NCBI RefSeq assembly: GCF_009914755.1
Contig: NC_060932.1
Strand: one strand, 5' to 3'
Source of the DNA: the human T2T-CHM13v2.0 reference genome, Homo sapiens
Length of the DNA stretch: 64,000 nt
This document shows, piece by piece, positions 32,057 to 46,964 of this stretch. Every line of letters starts with the position of its first letter. The first letter of the stretch is position 1. The translations under genes were made by a program, and so were the position numbers. The notes beneath the pieces are model-generated. The model saw nothing but the letters and a program-made list of their open reading frames with translations, had not been told where the DNA came from and made no database searches.

Positions 32057-32547
32057 AATTTGCAAATAATTTCTCCCATTCTCTGACTTGCTTTTTTACT
32101 TTCTTCATTATGTCATTTGAAGCACAAAAGTATTACTAACTTACCCTTTTTTTTTTGGTCACTTGTGCTTTTGTCTAAGCTGGCTTTGACTAACCCAATA
32201 TCACAAAGTTTTACTGCTATGTTTTCTTGGAAAACTTGTATAGCTTTAGCTCCTACATGTATGTCTATGACACATTTTGAGTTATTTCTGTTTATGGTGT
32301 GAGGAAGGGATTTGACTTCATTCTTTTGCATTGGTGTGTCTACCTATTGTGGCACAATTTGTTTAAAATAGCTATTCTTTTTACCATTGAATTATTTTGG
32401 CACCCTTGCTGAAAATCAACTTACTGTAAATGTAAGGGCTCATTTCTGAACTCCCAATTCTATTTTGTTACTCTATATGTCTATACTTATGCCAACACCA
32501 CACTATCTTGATTGCTATATGTTTGTGTTAATGTTGACATTGGGAAG

Positions 32548-32899
32548 TTTTTTTAGTCTGTTGAGCTACTATAACAAAATATCATAGATTGAGTGCCTAA
32601 TAAAAAACACAGGTTTATTTCTCACAGTCCCAGAGCCTTGGAAATCCAAGGTGCCAGCAGATTCAGTGTTTGGTGATGGCTGGATTTCTTATAGATAGCA
32701 GCCTTCTCCCTGTAACCACACATTGTGGAAAGGGCAAGGGAGCTCTCTGGGGTATCTTTTATAAGGCTGCTAATCTCATCCATGAGGACTCTGCCTATAA
32801 CCTAATCACCTCTCAAAGGCTCCATCTAATACTATTATCTTAGTGATCAGGACATCAATGTATGAATCAGAGGAGGACATAAGCATTCAGTGTAGTGTA
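32548..32899 (-). mobile_element. MLT1A/MSTD-like MaLR solo LTR
   Basis: 'ttagtctgttgagctactataacaaaatatcatag...gccagcagattcagtgtttggtga...gcattcag'; TSD ggaag. Confidence 0.85.
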
Positions 32900-34194
32900 G
32901 GAAGTATGAATCCTTTAATTTTGTTCTTCTTTTTCCAGATTATTTTGGCTAGTCTGGGCCTCTTGAATTGTCATATAAATATTAGGATAACTTCTCATTT
33001 TCTGCAAAAAAAAAAAAAAAATTGGAATTTTAACTGGTATTGCATTGGATCTATAGATAAACTTGGGAAGTATTACCATTTAACAATAGGAAGTCTTTCA
33101 ACTCATGGACATGGGATGCCTTTCCATTTATTTACATCTTTCATGTATTACAGCAATTTTATTGTTTTCAGAGTAAAAGTCTTATACATCTTTTGTTAAA
33201 TTTATTTCTGAGCATTTTAATATTTTGGATGATATTGTAAATTGAACCTTTTTAAAATTTCTATTTTGAATTGTTTGTTGCTAAGGTAAAGAAATACAAT
33301 TTGATTTTTGTATGTTGATCTTATATCTTTCAACCTTGATGAACACATTTATAAATTCTAATAGGTGTTGGATGGATTCCTTAGGATTTTTAAATATGCA
33401 GGTTCATATCATATGCAAATGGAGGTAGTTTTACTTTTTTGTCTCATTTTATTGCCAAGTTTCCCAGGCTAGAACTTCCAGTACAATGCTGAATGGAAGT
33501 ATTGAGAGTAAACATCCTTGTTTTGTTACTGATTATAGGGGGAAAGCATTTGCTCTTTTATTTTCAAGTATGATGTCATCTGTGAGTTTCTCATGCATAG
33601 ACTTTATCAGTGTGAGGTAGTTCCCTACTTATAGAGTGCTGTTGTTTTTATCACAAAAAGGTGTTAGATTTTTGTCAAATACTTTTTTGGCACCTCAGAT
33701 GATCATTGTGGATTTTGTCCTTTATCCAATTTATATAGTATATTACATTTATTGATTTTTGGATATTGAGCCAATCTTCATTATTAGGATAAATCCAACT
33801 TTGTCACAGTGTGTAAGTCTTTTTTAGATGTTTCCAGATTCCATTATCTAGTGTATTGTTGAGAATTGTTATGTCTATAATCATAAAGGATAGTGATCTC
33901 CAATTTTCTTTTCTTGTGATAGCTTTATTTAGTTTTGAAAGTTTTTTATTTTTAAAGTGAACTGGTTTGCTACCCCATTTTCAACTTTCCTGTTAACTTC
34001 TCAGAGAATAATAGCCAGAATCTTTAACCTGGTCTGCAAAATGCTGCAAAGCCATACTCAGTTATTGCTGGCTTCCTCACTTCTTTTTCCTTTCACATTT
34101 TAGAACGTTCTCTCTTTCCTATATGTCTGATATGTAGTAGGTGTTCAATTAAATTTTTATTAAGTAAGCAATATTTATAATTATAATTTTCTAT

Positions 34195-34440
34195 AATTAT
34201 AAGTTTAAAAACTGGTTACATGTCCAGCAGTGCTGTAAATGTTTTATGTATATTAACTCATTTAACCTATACAATGACCTTTTCTTGTAGGTATTGTTAT
34301 TCCTGATTACAGATAAGAAAACAGAGGCAAAGAGTTATTGAGCAATTTGCCTGTGGTGCCAGAGCTAGTAAGAGATAGAGCAAGGACTCAACTCTAGAGG
34401 CTGTTTACAGAAACGTTGCTCTCAACCAGGAAACTGTAAC
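34195..34440 (-). mobile_element. MIR SINE
   Basis: 'tattaactcatttaacc...acagataagaaaacagaggcaaagag...caatttgcc'. Confidence 0.7.
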
Positions 34441-35341
34441 ACCTCTTAGTAAAAAATCTGGTATATTCTTTTACAAATAGCTGGTAAGGCAAGTCACTCA
34501 TGAGAATTTCCACATGTGATTCCTGCAGGTGATATATATGAGAGCAATTCGAGACCATAAAAATTAATGTATAAATACATAATAGTCAAGTACCAGATTT
34601 CATGGTAAAGATAACAAATATAACATTAGTCCAGAGAAGGAAAAGTTCATTGAGTGCTCAACTCAGGAAGCTCAGAAATTCAGAAACGAGGCCAACTATG
34701 AGTTGAGTGTTGAATGGAGACTAGAATTTAAATAGGCTGAAAACTGGGGAAAGAAGAAAATAAGGGCATAAACTATTCCTGAGAGTGGGGGTTATGCTGC
34801 ATAATGCTTAGTATGTGCCTGGGTGCATAGGCTGTCAGTTACACCCACTGATTCACACTTTTCTCTTTCTCATCAGAATCACCACCTGTATCATTTTATT
34901 CTCAGAAAATGGATGTAGTGTTGACAGAGTTTGTGAGATCATACTCAGTGCCTGGATCTGAGTTATTTGCAAGGGTGATATTAGGGTCTGTGTGCAGATG
35001 ACATGATCCCATATGGGGAAAACTCTAAAGAATTCACAAAAATTAATAAAGGTAATAAGCAAAGTTGCACAGTACAAGATCAAGGCATAGAGATTTGTTG
35101 TGTTTTATATATGAGGAATGAACAGTCTGAAAAGGGAGATTAATAAAATATACAATTTCATTTACAACAGCATCCAAAAGGATAAGCTACTTCGGAATAA
35201 ATTTAACCAATGAGGTAGGAAACGTGTACACTGAAAACTATAAAGCATTGCTAAAAGAATCTAAAGATGATACAAATGAAAGAAAAGACATCCTGTTTTC
35301 ATGGATTGGAAGACTTAATATTGTTAAGGTGTCAATACTAT

Positions 35342-35753
35342 TGATACAGTTTGGATCTATGTCCCCACCCAAATCTCATGTTGAATTGTAATCCCCAATG
35401 TTGGAGGTGGGGCCTGGTGGGAGGTGATTGGATTTTGGGGGTGGATTTCTAATGAATGATTTAACACCATCCCCTTGGTGCTGTCCTTGTGCTAGTGAGT
35501 GAATTCTCACAAGATCTGGTTGTTTGAAAGTGTGTGACCCCCCTCTTCTCTTGCTCCTGCTTTTGCCATATGATGTCCCTGCTCCCCCTTTGCCTTCCAC
35601 CGTGATTGGAAGTTTCCTGAGGCCTCTCCAGAAGCAGATGGCACTATACTTCCTGTGCAGCCTGCAGAACCATAAGCCAATTAAAACTCTTTTCTTTATA
35701 AGTTACCCAATCTCAGGTATTTCTTTATAGCGATGCAAGAATGGACTAATACA
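35342..35753 (+). mobile_element. MSTA-like MaLR solo LTR
   Basis: 'tgatacagtttggatctatgtccccacccaaatctcatgttgaattg...ggactaataca'; TSD actat/actgt. Confidence 0.92.
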
Positions 35754-36188
35754 ACTGTCCAACATAATCTACACACTCAAGTGAACACAACATAATACAA
35801 CAATGAAACCTAACACGACCATGAAACTCAATTAAAAAAAAAATCAGCAACAGATCTGAATGGACATTTTTTTCAGAAAAGATATACCAATGGCCAATAA
35901 ACACATGAAAACATGCTCAACATAATTACTTATTAGGGTAATACAAATTCCCGCATGAGATACCACTTCACACCCACTAGGATGGCTATAATAACAAAAA
36001 ATAACAACAACAAACAAACACTAAAACTCAGGAAATAATGACTGTTGGCAATGATGTGGAGGAATAGGAACTCTCATACATTGCTGGTAGGAGTGTAAAA
36101 TGGTGCAACTATCATGGAAAACATTTTGGTGGTCCCTCAAAAACTTAAACATAGAATTACCATATGACCCAACAATTCCAGTCCTTGG

Positions 36189-36547
36189 TGTCCCAGGTGT
36201 GACTGGCTGGAGCTGGCATCATGGGAGGTAAAAGAACTTACCAAGACAGTCATGGGTAAAGAAAGGCAGGTTTATTAGAGAAAGCACAAAATATGTTGTG
36301 AGAGTGCAAGGGGCAGCACAGCAGAGAAGGGGCTGTTGGCCAAGAGGCAGGGGCTTGAGGGAAGTTTTACAGGGTTGTGTTAGAGAGGCTACATGCAGAT
36401 AAGGTCATGCTGCTGGGGCTAGTTTCTGAGAGAGTTATTTGGGAACAGGATGTTGTGCCAGAGAGTTGTTCGTGGTTAGTTGTCTCTCAGAACAATTGTT
36501 CTTCCCTACCTTGGGGCTCCCTCCTCATTGTTGCTAATTTATCCACA
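36189..36547 (-). mobile_element. Solo LTR, family not assigned (5-bp TSD suggests ERVL class)
   Basis: TG...CA ends, perfect TSD cttgg (36184-36188 / 36548-36552), AATAAA on minus strand; interrupts L1. Confidence 0.8.
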
Positions 36548-37620
36548 CTTGGTATATGCTCAAAAGAATTGAAAACAGGTACTCAAGCAAATATTTTTAC
36601 AGGAATACTCCTAGCAGCAGAGTTCACAATAGCCAAAGGTAAAAACAACCCAAATGTTCATCAACAGATACATAAGTAAACAAAATGTGGTATATAACAG
36701 AATATTATTCGGCCATAAAAAAGAGTAAAGTTCTGGTACATGCTATAACATGGATGAACTTTGAAAATACTATGCTCAGTGAAGGAAACCAAACACAGAA
36801 AACCACATATTGTATGATGTCATCTATATGAAATGTATAGAATAGGTAAATCCATAGAAACAGAATGCAGAGCAGTGGTTGCTTAGTGGTAGAGGGAGGA
36901 AGAAATGGGAACTGACTGCTTAATAAGTATGGGATTTTTGGTGGGGTGTTGATGCAATGTTTTGCAACTAGATAGGGATGATGGCTGGCTGCACAGCATT
37001 GTGAGTATACTAAAATTGTCCTCTTAAAAATGGTCAATTTTATGTTATGTGAATTTTACGTCAATTTTTAAAAATTGGCTTGGTGTATATAATCCTCTGT
37101 GAGTCTCCATTCTGTTGACAAGTAACCACAGCTCCCCATACTCACACTTCGTATCTCCTCCCTTTGCCCTGACACCTCACCACCACCCCACCACCCCACC
37201 ACCCCATTCCCATAGGGCAATGCGTCAGCCACCAGAGACTTTTCACTTACCCTCTCTGTTTTGCAACTTTTACCCATACTGGCCCAGCTACAGATGATGG
37301 CATGTTAGGGGCGCGGCGGCAGTTCAGCAGTTCCATTGACTGCTAATGAGATACACACTGATAAGTAGCCAAAAATAACCAGGGTAGGCAGAATGTTTCT
37401 AAATAGAAATGTGATACACTCATAAGTGGGCATGAGGCAGAATATGGCAGAGCACCAGAAAGACAGCAGATGGGTGGTTTAGACACAGCTGCTGTCACTG
37501 GGGGGGAGAGACTTGTGATTACCATAGAGATAGGGGGCAAAGAGGATTTATTTGGGGAGCATGTTTCAAGGGCATGAAGGATGTAAATAGTCACTTCTAA
37601 AACTCAGTAGAGGGGTTATA

Positions 37621-37696
37621 TTTTATTTTATTTTATTGAGTTTCGCTCTTGTTGCCCAGGATGGAGTTCAATGGTGCAATCGCGGCTCACGGCAAC
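37621..37696 (-). mobile_element. Severely 5'-truncated Alu (Sp/Sq-like 3' end)
   Basis: About 60 nt of Alu plus tail; TSD tagaggRgttata (37608-37620 / 37697-37709). Confidence 0.88.
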
Positions 37697-39278
37697 TAGA
37701 GGAGTTATAACACAAGATTTGGGGTGACGGCATGGAAATTAAAAGCTGGTGAAGCACATGGCCTTTAGATCTGGATGTACTTGAGCTGTGGGATACAGAG
37801 CATAAAGGGGAGCACACCACTAAGGTGATGACTGGTAACATTTTAGAATCTGAAAACACTTAAGAAAGAGGTTTGTGTGGAGAGCAATTATTGCAGTTTT
37901 TCCTAAAGCTATTGGAGCGGAGAACTTAATTTAGTTACTTTCCAGCAGTCTTTATCTTGTCAGGCTCGTTCTTTTCTGCAGACTTTCAGGGAGACTTCTC
38001 AGGAGCCAGGTCTGTATCTATCCTCATCCTGTCTTAGCATTTGCTGAGATGCAGCTCGTCACTTCTAAATCACATCTGATCTTTGGTTATCTTGTTTAGA
38101 CTACTAGCACCTCCCTGGATTCTGTAATTCACTTAAAATCACATCAGCCAGAACAGTGTGATCTTATTTGTGTGTTATTTAACACTCTATCGTAGGGCAG
38201 TCAGTCGCCTTATTCTGGAATTCCCACTGTTAGCATTGCAGGCTGGCCTACTCTAGAGGTAGCTCCTTTTTTCTTTTTCTTTTTTTTTTAATTTAAGCTG
38301 AACAAACACGTAGTGTTTACTTTATGACAGGCACTGGGCTAAATGCTTTATAAATATGAAGTCATATTAGTACGTGAATAATATAAGTGCTTTAGCTATC
38401 TTTATCTCCTGCCAACATCAGAGGCTTTAGGAATTAGCATGATGAATATTAAATATGGGTTCTCATAGTTGAGATTAGTGGTATTCAAACTGCATGTCAT
38501 GACTAGAATATTGCAGAGGGTCTTCTCACTTTTGCATGAACATCTAATCAGCTTTGCAACTTTCCTGTAAGGGATAACACTTGGAGTTTGATTTCTAAAT
38601 GGCCAGATATTGCACAGTATAGTGTCCAGCTATTAGTCAGAAGACACTGTTATGTAATACTTATTCTCATGATAAAAGAATTCTGTCTTTAGAATATTGT
38701 TTTCTATCTGCATTAAATGAGAATTTTACACAGGATTGGTTGAATGACCTAGATATAACGATTGTTTTATGCCTATTAGCTAACAAATGTTTATTTAGTA
38801 AATGTCCAAACATGGGAAAGATTTCAGTCTGAGACTTGTTTTCATTATAATCTTGTAGCAAGACTGCAGAGCTATAGCTACTCCTCACCCAACTCAAACA
38901 TTTTGGTGACTACTGTTATCTACCAGAAAGAACCTGTGAGTTGTATATGACCAAATCAGCCAGTTTGCAACTTCACAATAGCAGCTCTGTTTCCAGCCTC
39001 CAGCAAGAGCGGTCCCCACACCATCTGTGGCTATAATCTCTCACCAAGACTGTCAGATTGTCGGGGGCCTCTGCTTCTCAGGTTTATAACACTGCTGCCT
39101 TAGACATGTGGTAAATGATTTCACTGTTCCCTGTGGGCATGTGGGGTCTTCTTTGCAGAACTTTTCTCTGATTCCTCCTAGCTATAGCAGAAGGAGGAGA
39201 GCTGCAATGCTTGCTGATTTCTTGGGATCTGGACGAAACCATCATTTCTCCCCCAGTGGCATCTCCCCTGTTGTGTCC

Positions 39279-39643
39279 TGATATAGTTTGGCTGTGTCCT
39301 CACCTAAATCTCATCTTGAATTGTAGCTCCCCATAATTCCCACGTGTTGTGGGAGGGACCCAGTGGGAGATAATTGAATAATGGGGGTGATTTCCTCCAA
39401 CTACTGTTCTTGTGGTAGTGAATAAGTCTCATGAGATCTGATGGTCTTATAAGGGGAAAACCCTTTCTCTTGTTTCTCTTTCTCTCTTGCCTGCCACCAT
39501 GTGAGATGTGCCTTTCACCTTCTTCCATGATTGTGAGGCCTCCCTAGCCACATGAAACTGTAAGTCCATTAAACCTTTTCCTCTATATAAATTACCCAGT
39601 TCCAGGTATGTCTTTGTAAGGAGCGTGAAAAAGGACTAATACA
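39279..39643 (+). mobile_element. THE1 (B/C-like) MaLR solo LTR
   Basis: 'tgatatagtttggctgtgtcc...ccatgattgtgaggcctccc...ggactaataca'; TSD tgtcc/tgacc. Confidence 0.92.
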
Positions 39644-39689
39644 TGACCTGAGTAACATCTGAGAAGTTACTGTTACTCCACCCCCCCGA

Positions 39690-40210
<521 letters not shown>

Positions 40211-40923
40211 CTCTATGACTGGACTATACAACCCACCAAGAGGAAAATAAGTTATCTGTAACCAGGTTCAGGATGATTTTGACCCCAGGGAAAGTGTTGC
40301 AGAATCACATTTCAAAAAATGCCTTTCTGTTCCAGAGAGCTTGATGTTGAGAAACTGCCCTGGGAAGTAAATATTTATCCAGACAGATCTAGAATTCCAG
40401 GTGCCTGAATGGTAGTGATTCAGCAAATTTATGAGGTCACAAAACCATCAGTTATAGCGCTGGCCCTGAATAGCCTCTAGTGCTTTCCAGTGTGGGGGAA
40501 GGTTAGGGTTGTGGTATGAGGGCCCTGGGATTAGGGACAGGTACTGTTATGCAATGGAAAGGGGCCTGGCTGTTATGGGTTCCGGTCACTTACTTTGTAA
40601 CTTTGGGAGAGTCACATCCTCTCTGTGTCTTATCTTTAGCATCTGTGAAATGATGCTTCCCAGAGTTTTTGAGAGAATAAGGTGAGTTAAATGTGAGAGT
40701 CTTTGGTAATCTCTGAAATGCTATATAACTATGAAAGATTATTATTACTCACCCATACCAATTTTAAAAACCCAAATGTAAATTGACAAATTAGAAAGTC
40801 ATTCTGTGCTAAAAATATTGTTCCAAATCTAATTAAATTAGAACAATAGTGTATTTGCCAATTTGTAGGCTAAGTATCCAAAAAGCAACACTATGGAATG
40901 TAACTAACTAAAAGGAATCGACC

Positions 40924-40929
<6 letters not shown>

Positions 40930-40981
<52 letters not shown>

Positions 40982-40984
40982 GTG

Positions 40985-41018
<34 letters not shown>
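40930..41018. repeat. (TA)n microsatellite
   Basis: About 90-nt TA run with few TG interruptions. Confidence 0.95.
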
Positions 41019-41019
<1 letters not shown>

Positions 41020-42509
41020 TTATCTGTATAACAACTACCTATAATAGCCAAGTTTTAATAACAACCTTATTCAGAATTCATTTTTCAAGACTGGAAATCA
41101 GTGCCTTACTAACACCTGGCTTGCTTAAGTCCATTAAAAACAGTGTCAAAATGTATACAAACTTTTTATTTGCATTGCACTTTGCAGTTTTCAGTTTTTC
41201 ATGCATTTTCTCATTCAATTATCGTAAAACACTTCGAAGCTAACTTGTGTTATCTTCATAGTGTTATGATCTCCAAGGTATAGGTGAGTGAAGAAATTGA
41301 GCTTCAGAAAGTATGAAAGTCTTTCCGAGGTCATGTAACTGTTAATATTATGTACCAGTGGCGCAGTGGGGACTCACGTGCATGGGTTGTCACTTCAAGT
41401 TCCATATACTTTCTATTACACCACAGATATCGTGAACTCTGTGGATGGGTGATCTTGATCTTTCAGGCTCTCTTCCAAGCTTTGGCCTCTTGAACATACA
41501 GAATCATCCTATCTCTCAGCAAATCAGCTTACATCACTTGATTTTGCCCCAGGGATCGATCCACCAATTTCTCTTAGCCCCTTTCTGAGCTGGGATACCT
41601 TTACAAATCACGCTACTTTACCGCAGGCCCTTAATATAGGAAGTAAAACCTTCCAGCATGCCCAGTGTTTGTATATTTTAATATTCTGTAGAGTCCTGTT
41701 TGGAAAAATAATTTCTCCCCAGAAGCCCTGATTGACCTAGAGATATAGCAGAACCTGGCAAAAGTGATTCTGCACATCTAGACTGAGACCCAGAGGGCAG
41801 GGAGGAGGACTTTAATTCCCGGCATCTATCTTCCTGTGGGACTCATCGTTAGAAGAGAGAAGCTGAACTGCCTTTTTCTTCCTTTCTTTTCTCTTTCTTT
41901 GTTTATTCGTGTTTCTGAGGACATGCTTTCCTCCCCCTGCTTCCCTTTGCCTCCTGGAAGCAGAGATTCTCAATTATGAGATGGAGTGGGGATAAAACCT
42001 GCTGGTCAGAACTTTGTTTCAGACCCACTGAATTGAGAGCCGTTGAGCTGATGGGTGGTTGCTCAAATCAACCTGACTGAGGTGGGAGGGTGTTGCTGTG
42101 CGGATGTGCACTGAAGGCCTCCACTCACTTCCCTGTGGGGGCTTCCAAGCCCCTGATTGTGAGTACGATCGGGCAATAACTGCATGGGCCCTCTTCTCCC
42201 CCATTCCTTTCTGCTGCTGTTTAGAATAGAAGAGAAATATAGCTTCAGTGATTCTGTTTACTCCACACAATAGAGATCAAGCCCATGGGCAGATTTTTTC
42301 AGGGGACACAATGGGCTGAGAGTAGAAGGTGCTGCTGGGTACATTTGCTTCTGCTAAACAACTTCTCATTTGATAGGGCGTGGGCATAAGTAAATAGATT
42401 CATATGAGGGCTTTTTTTAAAAAAACAAAAACAAAGACTTGAGGATCAAGCTTTACAAAGAGTGGGTGTTCATTTTACCGGACAGTCGGGGGGTTTAGGA
42501 GACACTGAA

Positions 42510-42563
42510 TACACACACACACACACACACACACACACCCACACACACACACCCCCACACACA
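42510..42563. repeat. (CA)n microsatellite
   Basis: Interrupted AC run. Confidence 0.95.
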
Positions 42564-43696
42564 CTGCTCTCTGCATAAACCAGCAGTCCCAAACTGAAAA
42601 ATATACCTCTAAGACAGTAGCCATTTATAAATCAGTTGTTCAGAGCAACTTCTCAGAGAAACAATATTACGAGGGCTTGCACAAGTCATAAAGATCTATT
42701 TTAGCCCACGCGTTCCTAAACAGTAATATTCTTCAAGAATCATAATATATTACAATGTCCCTAAAGAAAAGTGATTTCAGCTGTCAAATCAAAAAATTCT
42801 GGCTGCTCTAAGCAGGGATTAAATCCATGCAAACCACAGGTTTTAAGTAAAGTAGCAAATACTGAGAGAATTATAATCATGAGAAATTCCAAGGACAAAT
42901 AATGCTTGACAAACTTTGTATTCAAATTCAGTTTATTCCCACAAATGTGTATTTTCCACAGGCTAATCGAAATTGGGCTCAGCCTGTCCTCCCTTTTCCA
43001 TACTTCCCAGTTCAGACTTCGACTCAGGCTGGTATCAGCTGGATATAGCTTACTATAGAGTGGATGTTATGTTAGCATTGCAGCTGCACGTCTTGGCGCT
43101 TTTGAGAACCTTTCCGATCTTTACTTTTGTTTGACTGCCAAGGTGGTCCCTCAACATCTGGCTGCCTGTGGCAAGACCTCAGTTTTAGGTGGCCCCGTGC
43201 TTTTTACCTGGGTCCGAGACCATCCTGCACTTGCCTTCCAAGCAATTTCTTTTCCCACAGGTGGGTTGTGTGGTTCAGCCCTCAAAGTGCAATCGGCATT
43301 TCCGGTGCTCTGTGTGGTGACCTATGACATCTTCAACAGGTTCTTGGCTTAGTCGCACCAACCCCACCGCAAAACTTCTTCACTCTTCTAAGATACGGTC
43401 AGCATTCAGGCTGTGTTTCTTCTGCCAAAGCCTGCTGCAGATGCTGTCCTCTTCTGTTTCAAGGCTGGTGATCCTTTGCTACCATAGATTTCAATGGCAT
43501 CAAAGACTCATCTAACGTCCTGCTTTTTGCCTGAGGAACGTCTTGAATTCTAGCTCACTCAGAGATGATTAACCTATCCACAGTCCAAGAAATGATCAAG
43601 CCAGCACTGTCCAATTTCAGCACTTTTTGAAGATTACTTGATGTAGTCTTTCACTGATCCCAGAGTATTGAACATACTGGGTTTTCTGTTTTCGAA

Positions 43697-44002
43697 ATTA
43701 TTATTATTATTATTATTTGAGACAGTGTCTTTCTCTCTCACCCAGGCTGGAGTGCAGTGGTTTGATCTTGGCTCACTGTAACCTCTGCCTCCAAGGTTCA
43801 AGCGATTCTCCTGAATCAGCCTCCTGAGTAGCTGGGACTACAGGTGTGCACCACTGCACCTGGCTAATTATTTTGTATTTTTAGTAGAGACAGGATTTTG
43901 CCATGTTGGCCAGGTTGGTCTCCAACTCCTGGCCTTAAGTGATCTGCCCGCCTCAGCCTCCCAAAGTGCTGGGATTACAGGCATGAGCCACAGCACCTGG
44001 CT
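43697..44002 (-). mobile_element. AluS (Sz-like) with (TAT)n tail
   Basis: Full reverse Alu, 'ccttaagtgatctgcccgcc'. Confidence 0.92.
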
Positions 44003-44747
44003 GAAAATACTCTTTGTTTTGAGGGAACAGACATCATTTTAATCAAGGGGAGGATAATGTGATATCCTCAAAGAAGACTGACTTTATGATACTGTGGCAA
44101 GGAGTCGGTAAGGAGCATAACCACTGCAAAAGGCCACACTGTGGCCAAGCCCAGGGCTCAGGGCTGTGCCTGTTCTTGGGCTGAGAAAAGAGTGCTCAGA
44201 TGGGTTCATAAAGATGAGCACCTGGGCTTGTTTGAGCCTGGGCTCTGCCACCAGCCGGATTCCTGACAGCAGGTAAGGTACCTGCTTCCTCTCAAATCTG
44301 TCAAAACTCCCTCATCATCTCATCACGATAAGTGAAAATAAATGTGAATGTGCTTTCAAAAGTTAGGGCTTGGAAGTAAAAATGTTGTTTTTTATACCTC
44401 TATCTAGTCCTCTGTTTCAGCCTCAATGAAATCCACAGCTCCGTTCCTTTTTCTATATTACTTTATGTCTGCAGCTGTGTGTCTAAATGCAGACTTGAAC
44501 ATATCCATGGAGAAGGACGGCTGTGACTGTGGCTATAAATGTGCTTTTAGCTTTTTTTTCCTACTGGTGCAGATGACTATGTGTCTTAAACCCCTCCAGT
44601 GAGCTGTGTTTTGCTTTAAAAAGCTGATGCGCCAAAAATAAGGCTTGGGCTGAGTCATCAGCCCTGAGTTTAGGGAAGGGAGATGGTAGAGGAGGCAGGG
44701 AGGCTTTTCCAGTGAACAAGCACTAAGCAAAGTGAGTGGCTTTATCC

Positions 44748-44966
44748 CAGGGGTGAGCAACCTATGGCCCACAGGCTACATTTAATCTGCTGCCTGTTTT
44801 ATCCATAAAGTTTTATTGAAACAGCCACATTCGTTCATTTAGGGATTGTCTTTTGCTACTTTTGTGCTACAACAACAGGCTTGCACAGCTGCAATAGAGA
44901 CTGTATTTGGCCTGAAAACCTAACATTTTATTATCTGGCCCCTCAGAAACAGTGTACGGATCCCTA
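44748..44966 (+). mobile_element. MER58A (hAT-Charlie)
   Basis: 'caggggtgagcaacctatggcccacagg...ataaagttttattgaaacagccac...ttatctggccc'. Confidence 0.85.
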
Positions 44967-45306
44967 CTTTTCCCTAACATCTGCAAACATCATAATTTCC
45001 ACATTTTTCTACATATTGACCTGTTGTAGCAGCATAACACCCTATGAAGCGGTTGTGGTGGGTGACTTTACAGCAATTTTCTGCTGAGGAAAATGACATT
45101 CAGAGAGGTTTTATGACTTACCCCCATTGCATCATCTACCACTAGCCAGAATGGACTGGCATTAGGATTCCTCAATGTGTATCTGATTCTCTGTTCACCC
45201 CACCACATCAGCTCCTGAGTGGCAGCCTTCTTATGAGGCTGGCTTGGGGATGAAGATTTTAAATTCAAGTTGTTAGATCTGCCCTTTCTTTGACTGAACA
45301 CTGTGT

Positions 45307-46014
<708 letters not shown>

Positions 46015-46964
46015 TACTAAATTGGAGTGTAAAGAAAACTGCACTGGGAACCCTAGTTCTTGCTCTTGCTGAAACAGCCGAAGGACTTTTGGCAAGTCAC
46101 TTGGTTCTTCTGGGTCTGAGTTCCTCATCTGTAATATAAATGGGTAAATTAAAAAACAACACTAATTATTGACAACTTGAAATTCTTGCAAAGTATTCTG
46201 GTTAATCTCCCTTTCCAATACTGCTACATTTCTTCAGAAAGCCAGCAATCCCAGGTAATGCCCCACAGCAATGGCAGGTAGATTGTGCAGGGGGATGGGG
46301 AGACAGCAGGCAGTGGGAGGATGGAGGTGGTCCTAAGCTCTCCTGCCCCTGGCTTCTTTCCCTTGCCCTGGGTCCCCCTTTTAACTGTGTCCTGCTGGTC
46401 CCTAACATTTCCTGGAAAACTGTAACTCTGCAGAGAGTCTGGTGAGGGGGCTGCTGTCTGTAGAAAAAAGGGACAAAGAGAACAGTCACTTATTTTGCGA
46501 CCAAAGGGTTTTTTTTTTTCTTTCTTTTAATGGAAAGTGTTATTTTTAAGTCCCCGTCAGCCTGCGAGTGCATGTGCAGCAATTGTCCTGTGCACATTTG
46601 AATAATGTCTCTGCATCCCTCTGTGATGTGGTGCGGAACGGCAACTTTGTACTTTGCATTTTTATTGTGATGAAGATATTTTATGACAGCATTTGCATCT
46701 TAACAAAAAAAATCCTGAAAACAAGGCCTTTCTAGACCACTTATACAAAAGGAAGGTGACTCAGACTGGCCTCCTCTTGGGAAATTCTGGTCAGGGTAGG
46801 TCTGGTCTCCAGGGCAGTAAGGAACCCCAGGCAATCTGTAGAAGTTAGTGACTGTTACCTTGGGAGCCTCTCATTACCCCATTCAGCTCCCTGGCCACCC
46901 AGCTGCAGCATCAGGACCAAGCCTGGGGTGAAATCAGCAATTCCATTGAATTTGCCTTTTGGTG

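Larger units (their letters stand above)
31730..33935 (-). mobile_element. Old L1M ORF2 fragment, interrupted by a microsatellite and an LTR
   Basis: 'tttgcaaataatttctcccattct', 'attggatctatagataaacttggg', 'agaacttccagtacaatgctgaat'. Confidence 0.85.
34995..37070 (+). mobile_element. L1MB-like ORF2 and 3' UTR fragments, interrupted by two LTRs
   Basis: 'gatgacatgatc', 'tcatggattggaagacttaatattgttaag', 'catggatgaactttgaaaatactatgctcagtgaa', terminal 'ttttatgttatgtgaatttta'. Confidence 0.85.

Noticed and set aside
37305-37325. GC-rich 'ggggcgcggcggcag' as a CpG island or promoter
   Set aside because: About 15 bp only, with ordinary flanks.
43080-43540. Processed protein pseudogene
   Set aside because: No recognisable protein in the frames examined, and no poly-A or TSD.
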